From Candidatus Saccharimonadota bacterium (GTDB lineage: Bacteria > Patescibacteriota > Gracilibacteria > Absconditabacterales > Absconditicoccaceae), in assembly GCA_000503875.1 (NCBI GenBank), contig CP006913.1, positions 360,001-392,000 of the forward strand: DNA of 32,000 nucleotides, in the 5' to 3' direction. The position numbers and the translations under genes were made by a program. Within the stretch, counting starts at the first letter, position 1. Each line of letters opens with the position of its first letter. The notes under the pieces were generated by a model. It ran no database searches. It was not told where the DNA came from and saw nothing but the letters and a program-made list of their open reading frames with translations. Below are positions 1-9,306 of the stretch, one piece after another.

Positions 1-360
1 TTCCATTCCATAAATATCATGAATAGCTTTTGCGATATCTTCTTCATTTACTTTCGCATACAAAGTATGATCTTTATTTGTTTTTCTTGTGATAAGTATT
101 CCATTATCATTTTGGATTTTCATAAACAAATCATCGAAACCTGCAGCTTTCTTTTTTCTTTGTTCTTCAGCAGCAGCCATTTTTTGTCCATAGTTATTTT
201 TATTGATTGCGTCAGCCAAAACTGCCATATTTTTTGGTAACAAAACATTTTTTGCGAAAATTGGTCTTACTTTTACAACTTCATATTTTTCTCATAAATG
301 CTTATCTGCTTGTAGAAGTATCACTTCAATAGTCTTGTTTTCAACCTTTCTTTTTGCCAT
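1..360 (-). CDS. rplI: 50S ribosomal protein L9 (3' end runs off the window)
   Basis: ATG at 360-358 on the minus strand. Translation MAKRKVENKTIEVILLQADKHL-G(TGA)-EKYEVVKVRPIFAKNVLLPKNMAVLA... fits the L9 N-terminal domain pattern. The later ...LYAKVNEEDIAKAI fits the C-terminal domain. The single in-frame TGA sits on the conserved Gly. Confidence 0.85.
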
Positions 361-485
361 ATTAAAAAATTACGAATCTAAAACGAAGCCAAGTATATAT
401 AAAAATTTAGGATGGAATTGCAACTCTTTTTTTATAAAGTAAAAAAACAACAGACTTTCGACTTTACGATTTTATAGACTACTTT

Positions 486-1310
486 ATGAAACTAAAAATA
501 TATATCGATGAGGCGGGGAGGGGACCGCTGGCATGACCTTTATATGTGGGAGCAGTTCTTCCCCGCCAGAGGTTTACCAAAAACCACTATAAGGACTCTA
601 AAATTCTCTCCGAGCGTCAAAGAGAAGCTCTTTTTCAAAAGATACAACAAACAGAATCCAAAAATCAGATTTTGTATGGTTATGGTACTGCTTCATCACG
701 CGAAATTGATCTTCATGGCATGACGAAAGCATTGCAATTTGGCGTACTTAGAGCAGTACAGATGATTTTGCAAAAGGTATATCAGGCAGAAATTATAGGA
801 CAACTAGGAAAATCGCTTTGTTCCTGTGATGCTATGCAGGGAATAGTCCTGCAAAATCTTTTTCTAGAACAAGAAAATACTCTGGAGGCCATGGCCCAGA
901 TTGCAGATATTTTTAGATGACTAGGTCTCGAACTAGAACTCAGTATTGACGGAAATAGAACCTTCGGCGTCGACCAGACACTCAAATGCCCCGTAATCAC
1001 CATTATCCACGGCGACGCCCTCATCCCCGAGATTTCCATGGCCTCCATCATAGCAAAAGTCCTGAGGGACCATGTAATGATAGAACTGGGTAAAGACTAT
1101 CCTCAATATAATTTTGCTCAGCATAAATGATACGGTACCCAAGAGCATAGGGATCTTATCGCTCAACATGGCCCCTCAGATATCCATAGGAAACTTTTTT
1201 TGAAAGAATATTTCCCCGAATTTAAGAAAAAGCCAAAAAAGCCAAAACAATCAAAAAAAGTTTCTCGTCCACCTCGCAAAAAGAAACCTCTGGCTGAGAA
1301 ACTTTTCTAA
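486..1310 (+). CDS. rnhB: Ribonuclease HII, with an internal insertion and a Lys/Pro-rich C-terminal tail
   Basis: [17 protein letters not shown](TGA 534-536)-PLYVGAV... then ...SIDGNRTFG...[19 protein letters not shown]...FAQHK-G(TGA)-YGTQEH are the RNase HII signature blocks. 825 nt in one frame when TGA=Gly, TAA at 1308-1310. The tail is ...[28 protein letters not shown]. Confidence 0.85.
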
Positions 1311-1362
1311 ATTAATAATTTATTTTATAAATCTTATAACTTTACGAATTGAACAATAAAAG

Positions 1363-1499
1363 GAACAAACAAAACAAGAAAACATCAATAAATCAATATT
1401 ATTTGTAGTCAAAGCAGGAATTTAATCATCATAGGACTTCAAAACTAATCTAAGATATTGCTTTGATGGTTGATGCATTTTGTTTGTCTTTTATTGCGA
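1363..1499 (+). repeat. 137-nt hairpin-forming intergenic element, copy A (candidate small RNA)
   Basis: Aligns without gaps to 5455-5591, about 119 of 137 positions identical by hand alignment. Helices: 1365-1374 with 1478-1487, 1383-1388 with 1470-1475, and 1409-1416 with 1459-1466. A T-rich tail cttttattg follows. Confidence 0.55.
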
Positions 1500-1502
1500 G
1501 AA

Positions 1503-1575
1503 AACTTTACAACTTTTAACTCAATGAATTGAGTAATAAAAAGGATAAATGAATTTTATTTGTCTTTTATTGTGA
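1503..1575 (+). repeat. Collapsed or partial copy of the same element
   Basis: aactttac...aattgagtaataaaaaggataaa repeats the left flank at 1338-1370 (aactttacgaattgaacaataaaaggaacaaa). It then joins directly to ttttatttgtcttttattgtga, the right end of the element, so the roughly 100-nt interior is missing. Confidence 0.45.
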
Positions 1576-1581
1576 TTATAA

Positions 1582-2280
1582 TTATTCAACTTTCAATATA
1601 TTTTTGATTTCTTCCAAAGGATCAATACTTACCTCTAATTTGGAAACAAGGTAGCTAACCATAGTCTTTATTTTAACTTGTTTTTTACCAAGCATATTTA
1701 ATTGTAAAACAACTTTAGTGAGAACACCTTTTTTCTTACTAGCATCAGTTCCAAATTTTTCTTCTAATTTTTTGAGGAAATCAGCTGCTAAGGTATCTAA
1801 TGTAGCTTTTTGAGCATCAGTAAGTTCTGTAGTGGGTTTATCTTTTTTAATTTCTTCTTTATAGGTGTTTTCAGTAGAAGTTATCGTAATCTTTTTAACT
1901 TCTTTTGAACAATATCTATGATAGCCATCAGATGCTTTTGTAATAGCACATATTCTATATCGAGTTGTTCATTTTTTTGGATCTTTATCTGTATATCAAG
2001 TAAATCCAGGATAGGCAGTATAAGTTATATATTCACTTTTATCTTCTCTATATATAGGATTCTCTGTATTTTGTGATCTCATAACTTTCCAATAAACGAA
2101 AGAATGCTCAGTTGGAACAGAAAATGGAGCCCAGATCATAGCAACAGTATTGTTTTCTAACGTTGCTTGAAAATTCATTTCTTTGTATTCAGGGCTAAGT
2201 CGAGATTCACTAGATTGGTAGGTAGCAAAAGATACTCCAATAGATACTATTGCAAAAATAAATGTTAGAATTTTTTTCAT
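1582..2280 (-). CDS. Secreted hypothetical protein with an FN3-like domain and a helical C-terminal region
   Basis: ORF 1996-2280 continues through two in-frame TGA codons to TAA (complement of 1582-1584); 699 nt in one frame. The N-terminus MKKILTFIFAIVSIGVSFATYQ looks like a signal peptide. The W..P......Y.V.R......Y.D......YRICAI pattern is fibronectin-III-like. Confidence 0.6.
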
Positions 2281-2351
2281 ATTTTGTTGGGTAAATAATA
2301 AAAAATTACTATATCTATAAAATATAGTTTATTGATACAATTTCAAGAGCT

Positions 2352-2380
2352 AAAAAAAATGAGAAGCCTAGGCCTCTCAT
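2352..2380 (-). terminator. Rho-independent terminator downstream of csp
   Basis: Near-palindrome atgagaagcctaggcctctcat (2359-2380). On the minus strand it is followed by a T8 run (plus-strand A-run 2352-2359). Confidence 0.6.
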
Positions 2381-2459
2381 CAAAAAATCTGTAATTATTT
2401 ATATGTATTTGGTAATCCAATCTTATATAAGGTAATTAATTGTTTTTTTTGTAATCCAA

Positions 2460-2672
2460 TTACGCTCTAGAAACATTTCCAGCCATTGGACCTTTTTGTC
2501 CTTCAACAACTTCGTAATTTACATGATCATTTTCTTGTGGAAGTTGACCTTCTGGATAAGAAGATTTGTCTAATCCAGTAACGTGAACGAACAAATCAGC
2601 TGAACCATCATCTGGAGTGATAAATCCGAAACCTTTTGTTACGTTGAAGAATTTAATTGTTCCTGTACTCAT
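2460..2672 (-). CDS. Cold-shock domain protein (CspA family)
   Basis: MSTGTIKFFNVTKGFGFITPDDGSADLFVHVTGL... carries the RNP1 (KGFGFI) and RNP2-like (FVH) cold-shock motifs. 70 aa, intact in any genetic code. Confidence 0.9.
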   Translation of the reverse strand: MSTGTIKFFNVTKGFGFITPDDGSADLFVHVTGLDKSSYPEGQLPQENDHVNYEVVEGQKGPMAGNVSRA

Positions 2673-2693
2673 TAAAAAATAGGTAATAATAAT

Positions 2694-2721
2694 AAAAAGC
2701 TAGAATTCATTAGAATTCTGG
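2694..2721 (-). terminator. Hairpin plus T-run between pheT and csp (pheT terminator or csp leader structure)
   Basis: Minus strand reads ccagaattc-taat-gaattctag followed by cttttt. It lies downstream of the promoter-like motif at 2727-2758 and 22 nt upstream of the csp ATG, so its role is ambiguous. Confidence 0.4.
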
Positions 2722-2726
2722 AGATG

Positions 2727-2758
2727 AGTATATAATAAAGGAAAAGAAATGCAAGGGT
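2727..2758 (-). promoter_or_regulatory. Sigma-70-like promoter for csp
   Basis: Minus strand: acccTTGCAT, 16-nt spacer, TATACT. It has the same cccTTG extended -35 and the same spacing as the motifs at 10493-10524 and 11898-11929. Confidence 0.4.
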
Positions 2759-2772
2759 ATTTATAATATTTT

Positions 2773-5274
2773 TTATGCTCTCAATGTTCCTCCTGCTTTT
2801 TCAGCAGCGGTAATTGCTTTCTTCATAATTTCATTAATTTGCTCAGTAGTGAGATTTCCATCTCCCATAATCTTTATTTTGAGTGAAACTGATTTTTTGC
2901 CTTCACCTATATTTTTCCCTTCATAAGCGTCAAATACTTCTAGACTACCGATTTCTTTGATGTCTTTGATAGCTTTCAAAATAGATTCAAAAGAACTACT
3001 CGCATCTACAACAAAACATAAATCTCTCCAAACAATTTGATCTTGTAATGTTTCGTATCAATTAGATATTGTTGTTCATTGTTCTTTGATAGCTATTAAT
3101 GTAGGCAATGATAAAGAAAGATAACATAATCCAGCAGTTTCAGGTATTTTATGATCTTTGAGAATTAACGGATGTAAGGAAGCTATACAGCCAATTACCG
3201 TTGTTCCTAAAAGAATATCAGATTGTTTTTTTGGATGAAATATTTGATGAGTAGTTGTTTGAAATGAAATTTTTTCTGAGATTCACAAACGTTGCATCAA
3301 TGGTTCTAATAAACTTTTTACCACCAAAAATGAGTCTTTTTCCCAATTATTTAAAGATTTTTCATAGACTAAAGCTCCAAGTTCAAATGATTCATGAACA
3401 AAAGATGTCGCATATGTTTTGCTATCTTTTGATTTTTTTTCTAAATCTTTGTGCCATACATTTCCTATATCAAAAATACGAAAACTATCAAAAAATTTAC
3501 TATTTTTGGACGCATATCCAACTAGATTGTATATCATACTATCCCTCAAATAAGGTGTTTCTATATGAACAGGGTTTTGTAAACTATAACATTTTTCTCC
3601 TGTAGATCCAAATTGTTTCAAAAGTTTTTCACTAGTCCAAGGATATGTTTCTGTTTGATCAAAATGAAAATCTTGTACAAAAATATCTTCTAAATTTCTT
3701 ACAAGACCAACAAGAGGAATATATGGTGTATATTGAACATCACTCAAAACAGGTAATCCAGCCACTTGTTCATATCAATAAATTCTGATAATTTCCTCAG
3801 TAATATCTTCTTGAATATTGAGATCATCAGGGGATCTTCGAATAGGACAGGTAACACTTGTACCGCTAAGACCAAATCAAAGTCATTCCAAAACTTGTTT
3901 TGCAGCTGTAGCAAACTTTTTTTCTTTTTTACCAAAAATACTTTGTTCTATATGATCCAAATCAATAGTAACTATCTTATTTCTTGGCTCTTTGAGATCT
4001 GTTTTGACATAAGAAGAGATTCCTCAAATTTCAAAAGTTCATAGGTCTTTACTATAATATTTTAGTTCATCCAAGAATAATAACAAACAATACATAGACC
4101 ACCAAGGATTAATATTTTTTTCATATCTAAGTTCTGCATCGGTTCTAAGAGCCAATCTTGTACCAGTTTTTCTCACTGCTACAGGATCGAAATTAGCTAT
4201 TTCAACAAGAATGTTTTTTGTGTTTTCAGATATTCAACTATCCAATCCACCAACAACTCCAGCTAATGCAAGAATCTTCTTTTTGTCCGTAATCACGATA
4301 TCAGTTGATTTTAATATATGTTTAGTTTCGAAAAGATCTACAAATTCTTCTCCATCCTTAGCATTTCTAATTATTATATCGCCTTCTACTTTATCAGCAT
4401 CAAAAAAGTGAATAGGTTGCCCAGTCAAAAGCATAAAAAGATTAGAAAAATCTACCCAATTATTTCTTGGATTGGCTCCCATATCAAGGAGTTGTAACCT
4501 AGTGAAAAAAGATAATGGCTCGATTTTTATAGTATTGATTTCCAAGAGGGTATAGCTATTGAGACCAGGTGCTTCTCAGATTACCTTTCTCTTGGCTGGT
4601 GTTGCATGAGTAAATGTTTCCAAAATATTGGTATTCTGAAATTGTTTTATCCATTCAATAACCTTATTGAAACTCACATTTCATGATTCGTGATACATAG
4701 CATTTAACTCCACAGCAGCACCAAAATGTCCTGTTAAATCAGGTCTATTAGTCAATCCTTTATTGTCTACCTCAAATACATAACTATTTAACCAAGGAAA
4801 TTTTTGTGCAAGGGGAGTCCCCAAATCCTTATCGCTAATATCGTCCAAATCAACTAGTAAATCCCATATGCTATGTAATTCTTGATCTTCATTAATTTCC
4901 AATTCTTCTTTTGAACAAATCATTCAATTGGACTCGATACCTCTCATTTTTCTTTTTTCAATAGTAATTCCTAATTTAGGAAAAACAGTTCAAGGCAATG
5001 AAACTGGGACATAAATACCAGCTCTTACATTACTTCATCCACAAATAATTTGATATTCTCATTTATCTCCACAATCTACTATACAAACATTTAATTTATC
5101 TGCATCAGGGTGCTTTTCACAAGATTTTACATATCAAACAACAACCAAATCTGAAATTTTTCTTTCGATAATTTCTTCAATTTCGCAAGTCTTGACTATT
5201 AATTTTTGGGCTATATTTTCTGGCGTATCATTAACGGAAATATATTTTTTGAGTAATGACGAATGGTATTTCAT
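2773..5274 (-). CDS. pheT: Phenylalanine--tRNA ligase beta subunit
   Basis: ORF fragments 2773-2979, 3283-3765, 4234-4545 and 4681-4923 are all in the frame of the ATG at 5274-5272; 2502 nt open when TGA=Gly. The N-terminus MKYHSSLLKKYISVNDTPENIAQKL...GYVKSCEKHPDADKLNVCIVDCG is the tRNA-binding domain. The C-terminus VFDAYEGKNIGEGKKSVSLKI is the FDX-ACB domain. Confidence 0.9.
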
Positions 5275-5422
5275 TTATTGAATTTATAATGTAAAATAAT
5301 TTCAAGTTTATTAGTTTAGAATTTGATAATTCTATGGATTGAGCAATATACTAAACCAACTTAGAATTCTGTAATTACTTTTATTAGTTTTAGTATACTC
5401 TCTCTCATCACAAAGCAACTCC

Positions 5423-5452
5423 TTGAAGATTCTTTGGGTGGTCGAGTATAAA
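5423..5452 (+). promoter_or_regulatory. Promoter-like sequence immediately upstream of element copy B
   Basis: ctccTTGAAG (5423-5428), 18-nt spacer, TATAAA (5447-5452). The predicted transcription start coincides with the first conserved bases of the repeat element at 5455. Confidence 0.35.
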
Positions 5453-5454
5453 AA

Positions 5455-5591
5455 GAACAAATAAAAAAAGAAAACATCAATAAATCAATAAAATTTGGAG
5501 TCAAAGCAGGAATTGAGGTATTATAAGACATCAAAACTAATCAAAAATATTGCTTTGATGGTTGATGTATTTTATTTGTTTTTTATTGTGA
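5455..5591 (+). repeat. 137-nt hairpin-forming intergenic element, copy B (candidate small RNA)
   Basis: Same length and orientation as 1363-1499. The outer helix is acaaataaaa/ttttatttgt here and acaaacaaaa/ttttgtttgt in copy A, a C-G to U-A compensatory change. It sits in the 477-bp divergent intergenic region between pheT and the GH3 gene. Confidence 0.55.
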
Positions 5592-5751
5592 AACAATTCT
5601 CGCTTGATTCTGAGAATAATATGTACATTTTTCGACTTCATTCACAAGAGAAATTTTCAATAAAAGCTGTCAGTATAAAAATTCTTGCAATTATTGGAAC
5701 AATATATACAACAAAAATTGCATATTTTTTATTATAAATGATATCTTTTAT

Positions 5752-7449
5752 ATGAACGATCAAATCAAAGATTTACAACAAAAGCTTCTTAATGCTTCCA
5801 AAAAAGTATTACTTGCGCCAAAAATTGTACTTAGTATACCAAAGAATGTTTTGGAAATGGGAATTGATGTTTTGGAAGTTTCTATGGATATGTTGGAACA
5901 CCCATGAAAAGTAACGGAAATACCAAAACATTTGTTTAATTTGCCTTCCCGTGTTTTGGAAAAGCTTATAAAAGCATATCTCATCGTAAATGCTGACTTA
6001 CATCAACCTTCTTTTGCTAATCAAAAGAAAATACTCTTTGATCTTATAAGAAAAGCAAAAAAGACCTCATTTTGAGAGGAATACCATTTTGAAACTATAA
6101 AAACTATCAAGGATTTTCAAAAACAAATTCCTATATTTCATTATAAAGATTTTGAACCATGGATTTTGCGTATGGTAAAATGAGAACTTGATGTCAGTTA
6201 CCCGGGGAAAATAGATCGATTTGCTACGTCATCAGGTACAACTTGATGAACCGCAAAATATATCCCGATTACAAAAGAAAATTTAAAGACCTCTCATTTT
6301 AGAGGAGGAATAGAATCATTGAGTTTATATATTAAAAACAATCCTAAAAGTAAATTTTTTCAAGGAAAAGGCTTGGTTATCGGCTGAGGTTTTATCAAAA
6401 ACCCCTTTACTGGAGAAGATAATGTTGGATTTATTTCCGCTATTTTACAAAAAGAATCCCCTTGGATAGGACAGACATTTAAAACACCAGGGCCAGATAT
6501 ATCTTATATGGAAGATCGAGAAGAAAAAGTCAAAAAAACAATAGCATTAGCAGAAACACAAAATGTAACATCTATTAGTGGACAACCATCATGGATGTCT
6601 AACTTTTTATATAGAGTATTGGAAGCAACAGGTAAAAAAAATATTTTGGAAGTTTGGCCAAATTTAGAATTCTTTTTTTGGTGAGGAATGGCAATCCATT
6701 TATACAAAAAACAATTAGAAGCGTTGATACCAAGTAAAACCATGAAATATTACCAGATTTATAATGCGTCTGAATGATATTTTGCATCCCAAGATACAAA
6801 TGATACCGATGATATGTTGCTGTTTACTGACCATGGTGTATTTTACGAATTTATCCCTCTTCAAGAATATGGAAAAGAAAATCCTACTGTCCTTACTTTG
6901 GACCAAGTAGAAGTAGATAAAGAATATGTTATTCTGATTACCAACACGTCTGGATTGCGAAGATATATATTGGGTGATACAATAAAGTTTACGACACTCA
7001 ATCCTTGGAGAATAAAAATTACCGGAAGAACGAAATATTATATTGATGTAGTAGGTGAGTGTGTAACTTCTGATTATAGTGATAGAGCATTGGTAGCGGC
7101 TTGTAATAAGACGCAGGTTCATGCAACAGACTATATGGTTGCGCCGATTATGTATGAATGAGGTGAGGTGAGAGGTGCGTATGAGTGGATTATAGAATGC
7201 GACCAAGTACCAGAAAATCAGCAAGAATTTGCAACAATCCTCGATAAAGAACTTTGTGATGTAAACTCGTATTATTACGATGAGAGATATGATACTAAGG
7301 TGCTCGGTGAGCCAACAGTTCATCTGGTGCCAAAATGAACATTCTACCTCTGGCTCAAATCAAAGAATAAACTTGGTTGACAACATAAAATTCCGAAATT
7401 AGCAAATGATAGAAAAAATATAGATGAAGTCCTAAAAATAATATGATAA
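5752..7449 (+). CDS. GH3 family (acyl-acid amido synthetase-like, adenylate-forming) protein
   Basis: The ATG at 5752 is in frame with ORF 6814-7161; 1698 nt open when TGA=Gly. ...YPGKIDRFATSSGTT-G-G-TAKYIPITKENLKTSHFRGG... and ...GLRRYILGDTIKFT...ITGRTKYYIDVVGE... are characteristic bacterial GH3 (PF03321-type) blocks. Confidence 0.75.
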
Positions 7450-7490
7450 ATAGGCACAAAAATCTATAATTTTATCTTATAGAAATATTT

Positions 7491-8045
7491 ATGCTGATAT
7501 ATTTTCGAGTATTTTTCTTATGTCTATTGGTTGGTATTACTTATGTTTTTATTATTCGAAAAATTCTAAAACGATCAACAAAAGCTATTATACCAAGTCC
7601 ATTTACTATTTGAGAAGATTTTTGGCGTGAACGAAAAAAATTTGGAATTGTATATCTTGCTGGTGATATCGTAAAATTTGTTATAGAAATGTTTATTTTA
7701 TGAACAGGAAATGCTGTAGTCATGAGATTAGTTTCAATTATGCTGACATTTTCCACTTCATGATTTTTTGGACGACGAAGAAATCTTGTAATAAAAAAAA
7801 TACAACAAGATACTCAAAAATATCGTGTATTTTGGGAGTTTTTGGGAGATACATTCGCTTCACTAGTATTTCGAGTGCCTATGTATATAATTCAATTAAT
7901 GATGCTTGTTGCATTTGATCTTACTCATTGGAGTAATGTTTGGTATTCGGTATATGTAGGTATTTGAGCAATACTTATGTTTGGAAGATTTGGATGCTTT
8001 GCAGCAGATTTACTTGAAAGATGGTTATTTGGAAAGAAAAATTAA
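7491..8045 (+). CDS. Small polytopic membrane protein, AlaE-like (L-alanine exporter family) by motif resemblance
   Basis: 555 nt open when TGA=Gly. ...FVIEMFILGTG...MRLVSIMLTF...FLGDTFASLVFRVPMYIIQLMMLVAFDLTHW...GAILMFGRFGCFAADLLERWLF parallels E. coli AlaE (IEVFLSGMS...SRLVAIPVNIL...LADILAYVTFQSPVYVAILLVVGADWHQ...GAVYGYFLDYCRRLF). Confidence 0.45.
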
Positions 8046-8066
8046 TTTTATTTTTTCTAAAAATGT

Positions 8067-8603
8067 ATGAAAGATTACTTGATTTTCTTTTCAAAGCGAA
8101 TTAAAAATGGCAAAAAAAATGCTTCTATGATACCAAGCTCAAAATTTCTTAGCAGACAAATGATTAAATGAATAAATTTTGATGAAATAAATAGTATTAT
8201 AGAACTTTGACCTGGTACTTGAGTGTTTACTCAGTATGTTGTAGAAAATATGAAAAAATGAACAAAACTTATCTGTATTGAGATAGAAGATGATTATATA
8301 AAAATTTTAAAAAAGAAATTTTGAAACCAGATTGTTATTTTGAAAGAAGATGTTAGAAATATTGATAATATTAGAAAAAAATATGGTATAGAAAAAATAG
8401 ATCTAATTATTTCGTGATTACCGTTTAAACCAGCTAGTAGTATTCATAATGAGTTGAAAAAATATACGAGTAATGGTACTATTTTTAGAAGTTTCACGTA
8501 TCAACCATATATTTTCAAAAAGCAATATCATGATTTGCCGATAAAGAAAATTTGATTTGCCTTTTTAAATATCCCACCAGCGTGGGTTTATGGAATTAAT
8601 TAA
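8067..8603 (+). CDS. Class I SAM-dependent methyltransferase (COG3963 phospholipid N-methyltransferase-like family)
   Basis: MKDYLIFFSKRIKNGKKNASMIPSSKFLSRQMIK-G-INF...IIEL-G-PGT-G-VFTQYVV...LICIEIEDDYIKILKKKF...IDLIIS-G-LPF...FRSFTYQP. The SAM-binding ELGPGTG motif is completed only when TGA=Gly. Confidence 0.6.
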
Positions 8604-8610
8604 TTTCTTT

Positions 8611-9237
8611 TCATGTAAGTTCTTTTGTCAGTTTTTTTATATCTTCATCAGATAAGTAATTTTCCATAAAATTTTTGGTATGATGGGGATTTTTTTTGAT
8701 AAGATACGTATAAAAACCATGTAGATAATATCCTATACCATGTTTTATAGCCAAAATATCTATACTATTTTCAAATTTTTTTCTTTTTGAAGGAATAAGA
8801 TATCGCCATAAAATTTGTATAACTTGGAAAAAACTTTTGTTTTCATAATCTACTATATGAGCCAATTCATGTCATAAAATTCAAATCTGAAGTTTTTCTG
8901 GTAAGTTTTTCAATAATCAATGTTCTAATTCCTTTTTAGTTTCATCACTAATAATGATAATATAACTTCTCCATTTTTTTGGTAAGAAAATAGTCAATGG
9001 ATTGGGGAGTGCTGATGAATGAAACCATTTCCATTTCATAACGAGAAATTGTATTTTGGTTTTCTTTAAACTAGGATAATATGATAAAGCAATTTCTATT
9101 GTTTTTTTAAATTGAGGAGTGATAATTTTATTTTTATAAAAAATATTGTTGATATATAGTCATTTTGAAATATAAAAATTTCTATATACGAAAAAAATTA
9201 AACCAAAATAAATAATTAAAATAATTTCAAAAATCAT
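8611..9237 (-). CDS. Membrane-anchored putative zinc metallopeptidase (HExxH; M48/M56-like)
   Basis: ATG at 9237-9235, N-terminal hydrophobic segment MIFEIILIIYFGLIFFVY, then ...LQI-G-IL-G-HELAHIVDYENKS... (HExxH). 627 nt in one frame when TGA=Gly. An upstream in-frame TTG start is possible. Confidence 0.5.
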
Positions 9238-9306
9238 TAATCTAATAAATATAAAATACAATAAACTGATAATAAAGTAAAAAAGAAATTCAAATACAAA
9301 ATAGTG

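Noticed and set aside
1338-1575. Could the repeated intergenic sequences, or the 210-bp repeats at 31501-31920, be a CRISPR array?
   Set aside because: There are only two to three copies with no regular repeat-spacer periodicity. The 31.5-kb repeats are in-frame coding repeats of an adhesin, and no cas genes are present.
5340-5450. Possible T-box leader for pheT or the GH3 gene. gggtggt at 5436-5442 resembles the T-box core. On the minus strand, gatgagagagagta plus a 9-bp stem (tatactaaa / tttagtata) resembles a Stem I base.
   Set aside because: The Stem-I-like features are on the minus strand while the GGGTGGT is on the plus strand. No UGGN antiterminator bulge or specifier loop with UUC in the right context could be found on either strand. 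GGGTGGT instead falls in the spacer of the promoter-like sequence for repeat element B.
5495-5737. An 80-aa ORF (MESKQELRYYKTSKLIKN...) in the pheT-GH3 intergenic region.
   Set aside because: It overlaps repeat element B, whose second copy at 1363-1499 does not preserve the reading frame. The peptide is low-complexity and has no start context. It is more likely non-coding.
6715-7323. Long standard-code ORFs antisense to or out of frame with the stitched genes: 6715-7323 (-), 10706-11173 (-), 18564-19043 (-), 27907-28440 (+), 28115-28561 (+), 782-1169 (-).
   Set aside because: They overlap well-supported table-25 genes (GH3, glyA, dnaE, infB, rnhB) on the opposite strand or in another frame. 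Their translations are low-complexity (Ile/Phe/Ser/Cys-rich) with no recognisable motif. These are typical shadow ORFs.
7444-7449. The GH3 gene ends ...ATA TGA TAA. Is the TGA the real stop?
   Set aside because: Every other gene in the window reads through TGA, so TGA is treated here as a terminal Gly followed by a TAA stop. The difference is one residue and cannot be resolved from sequence alone.
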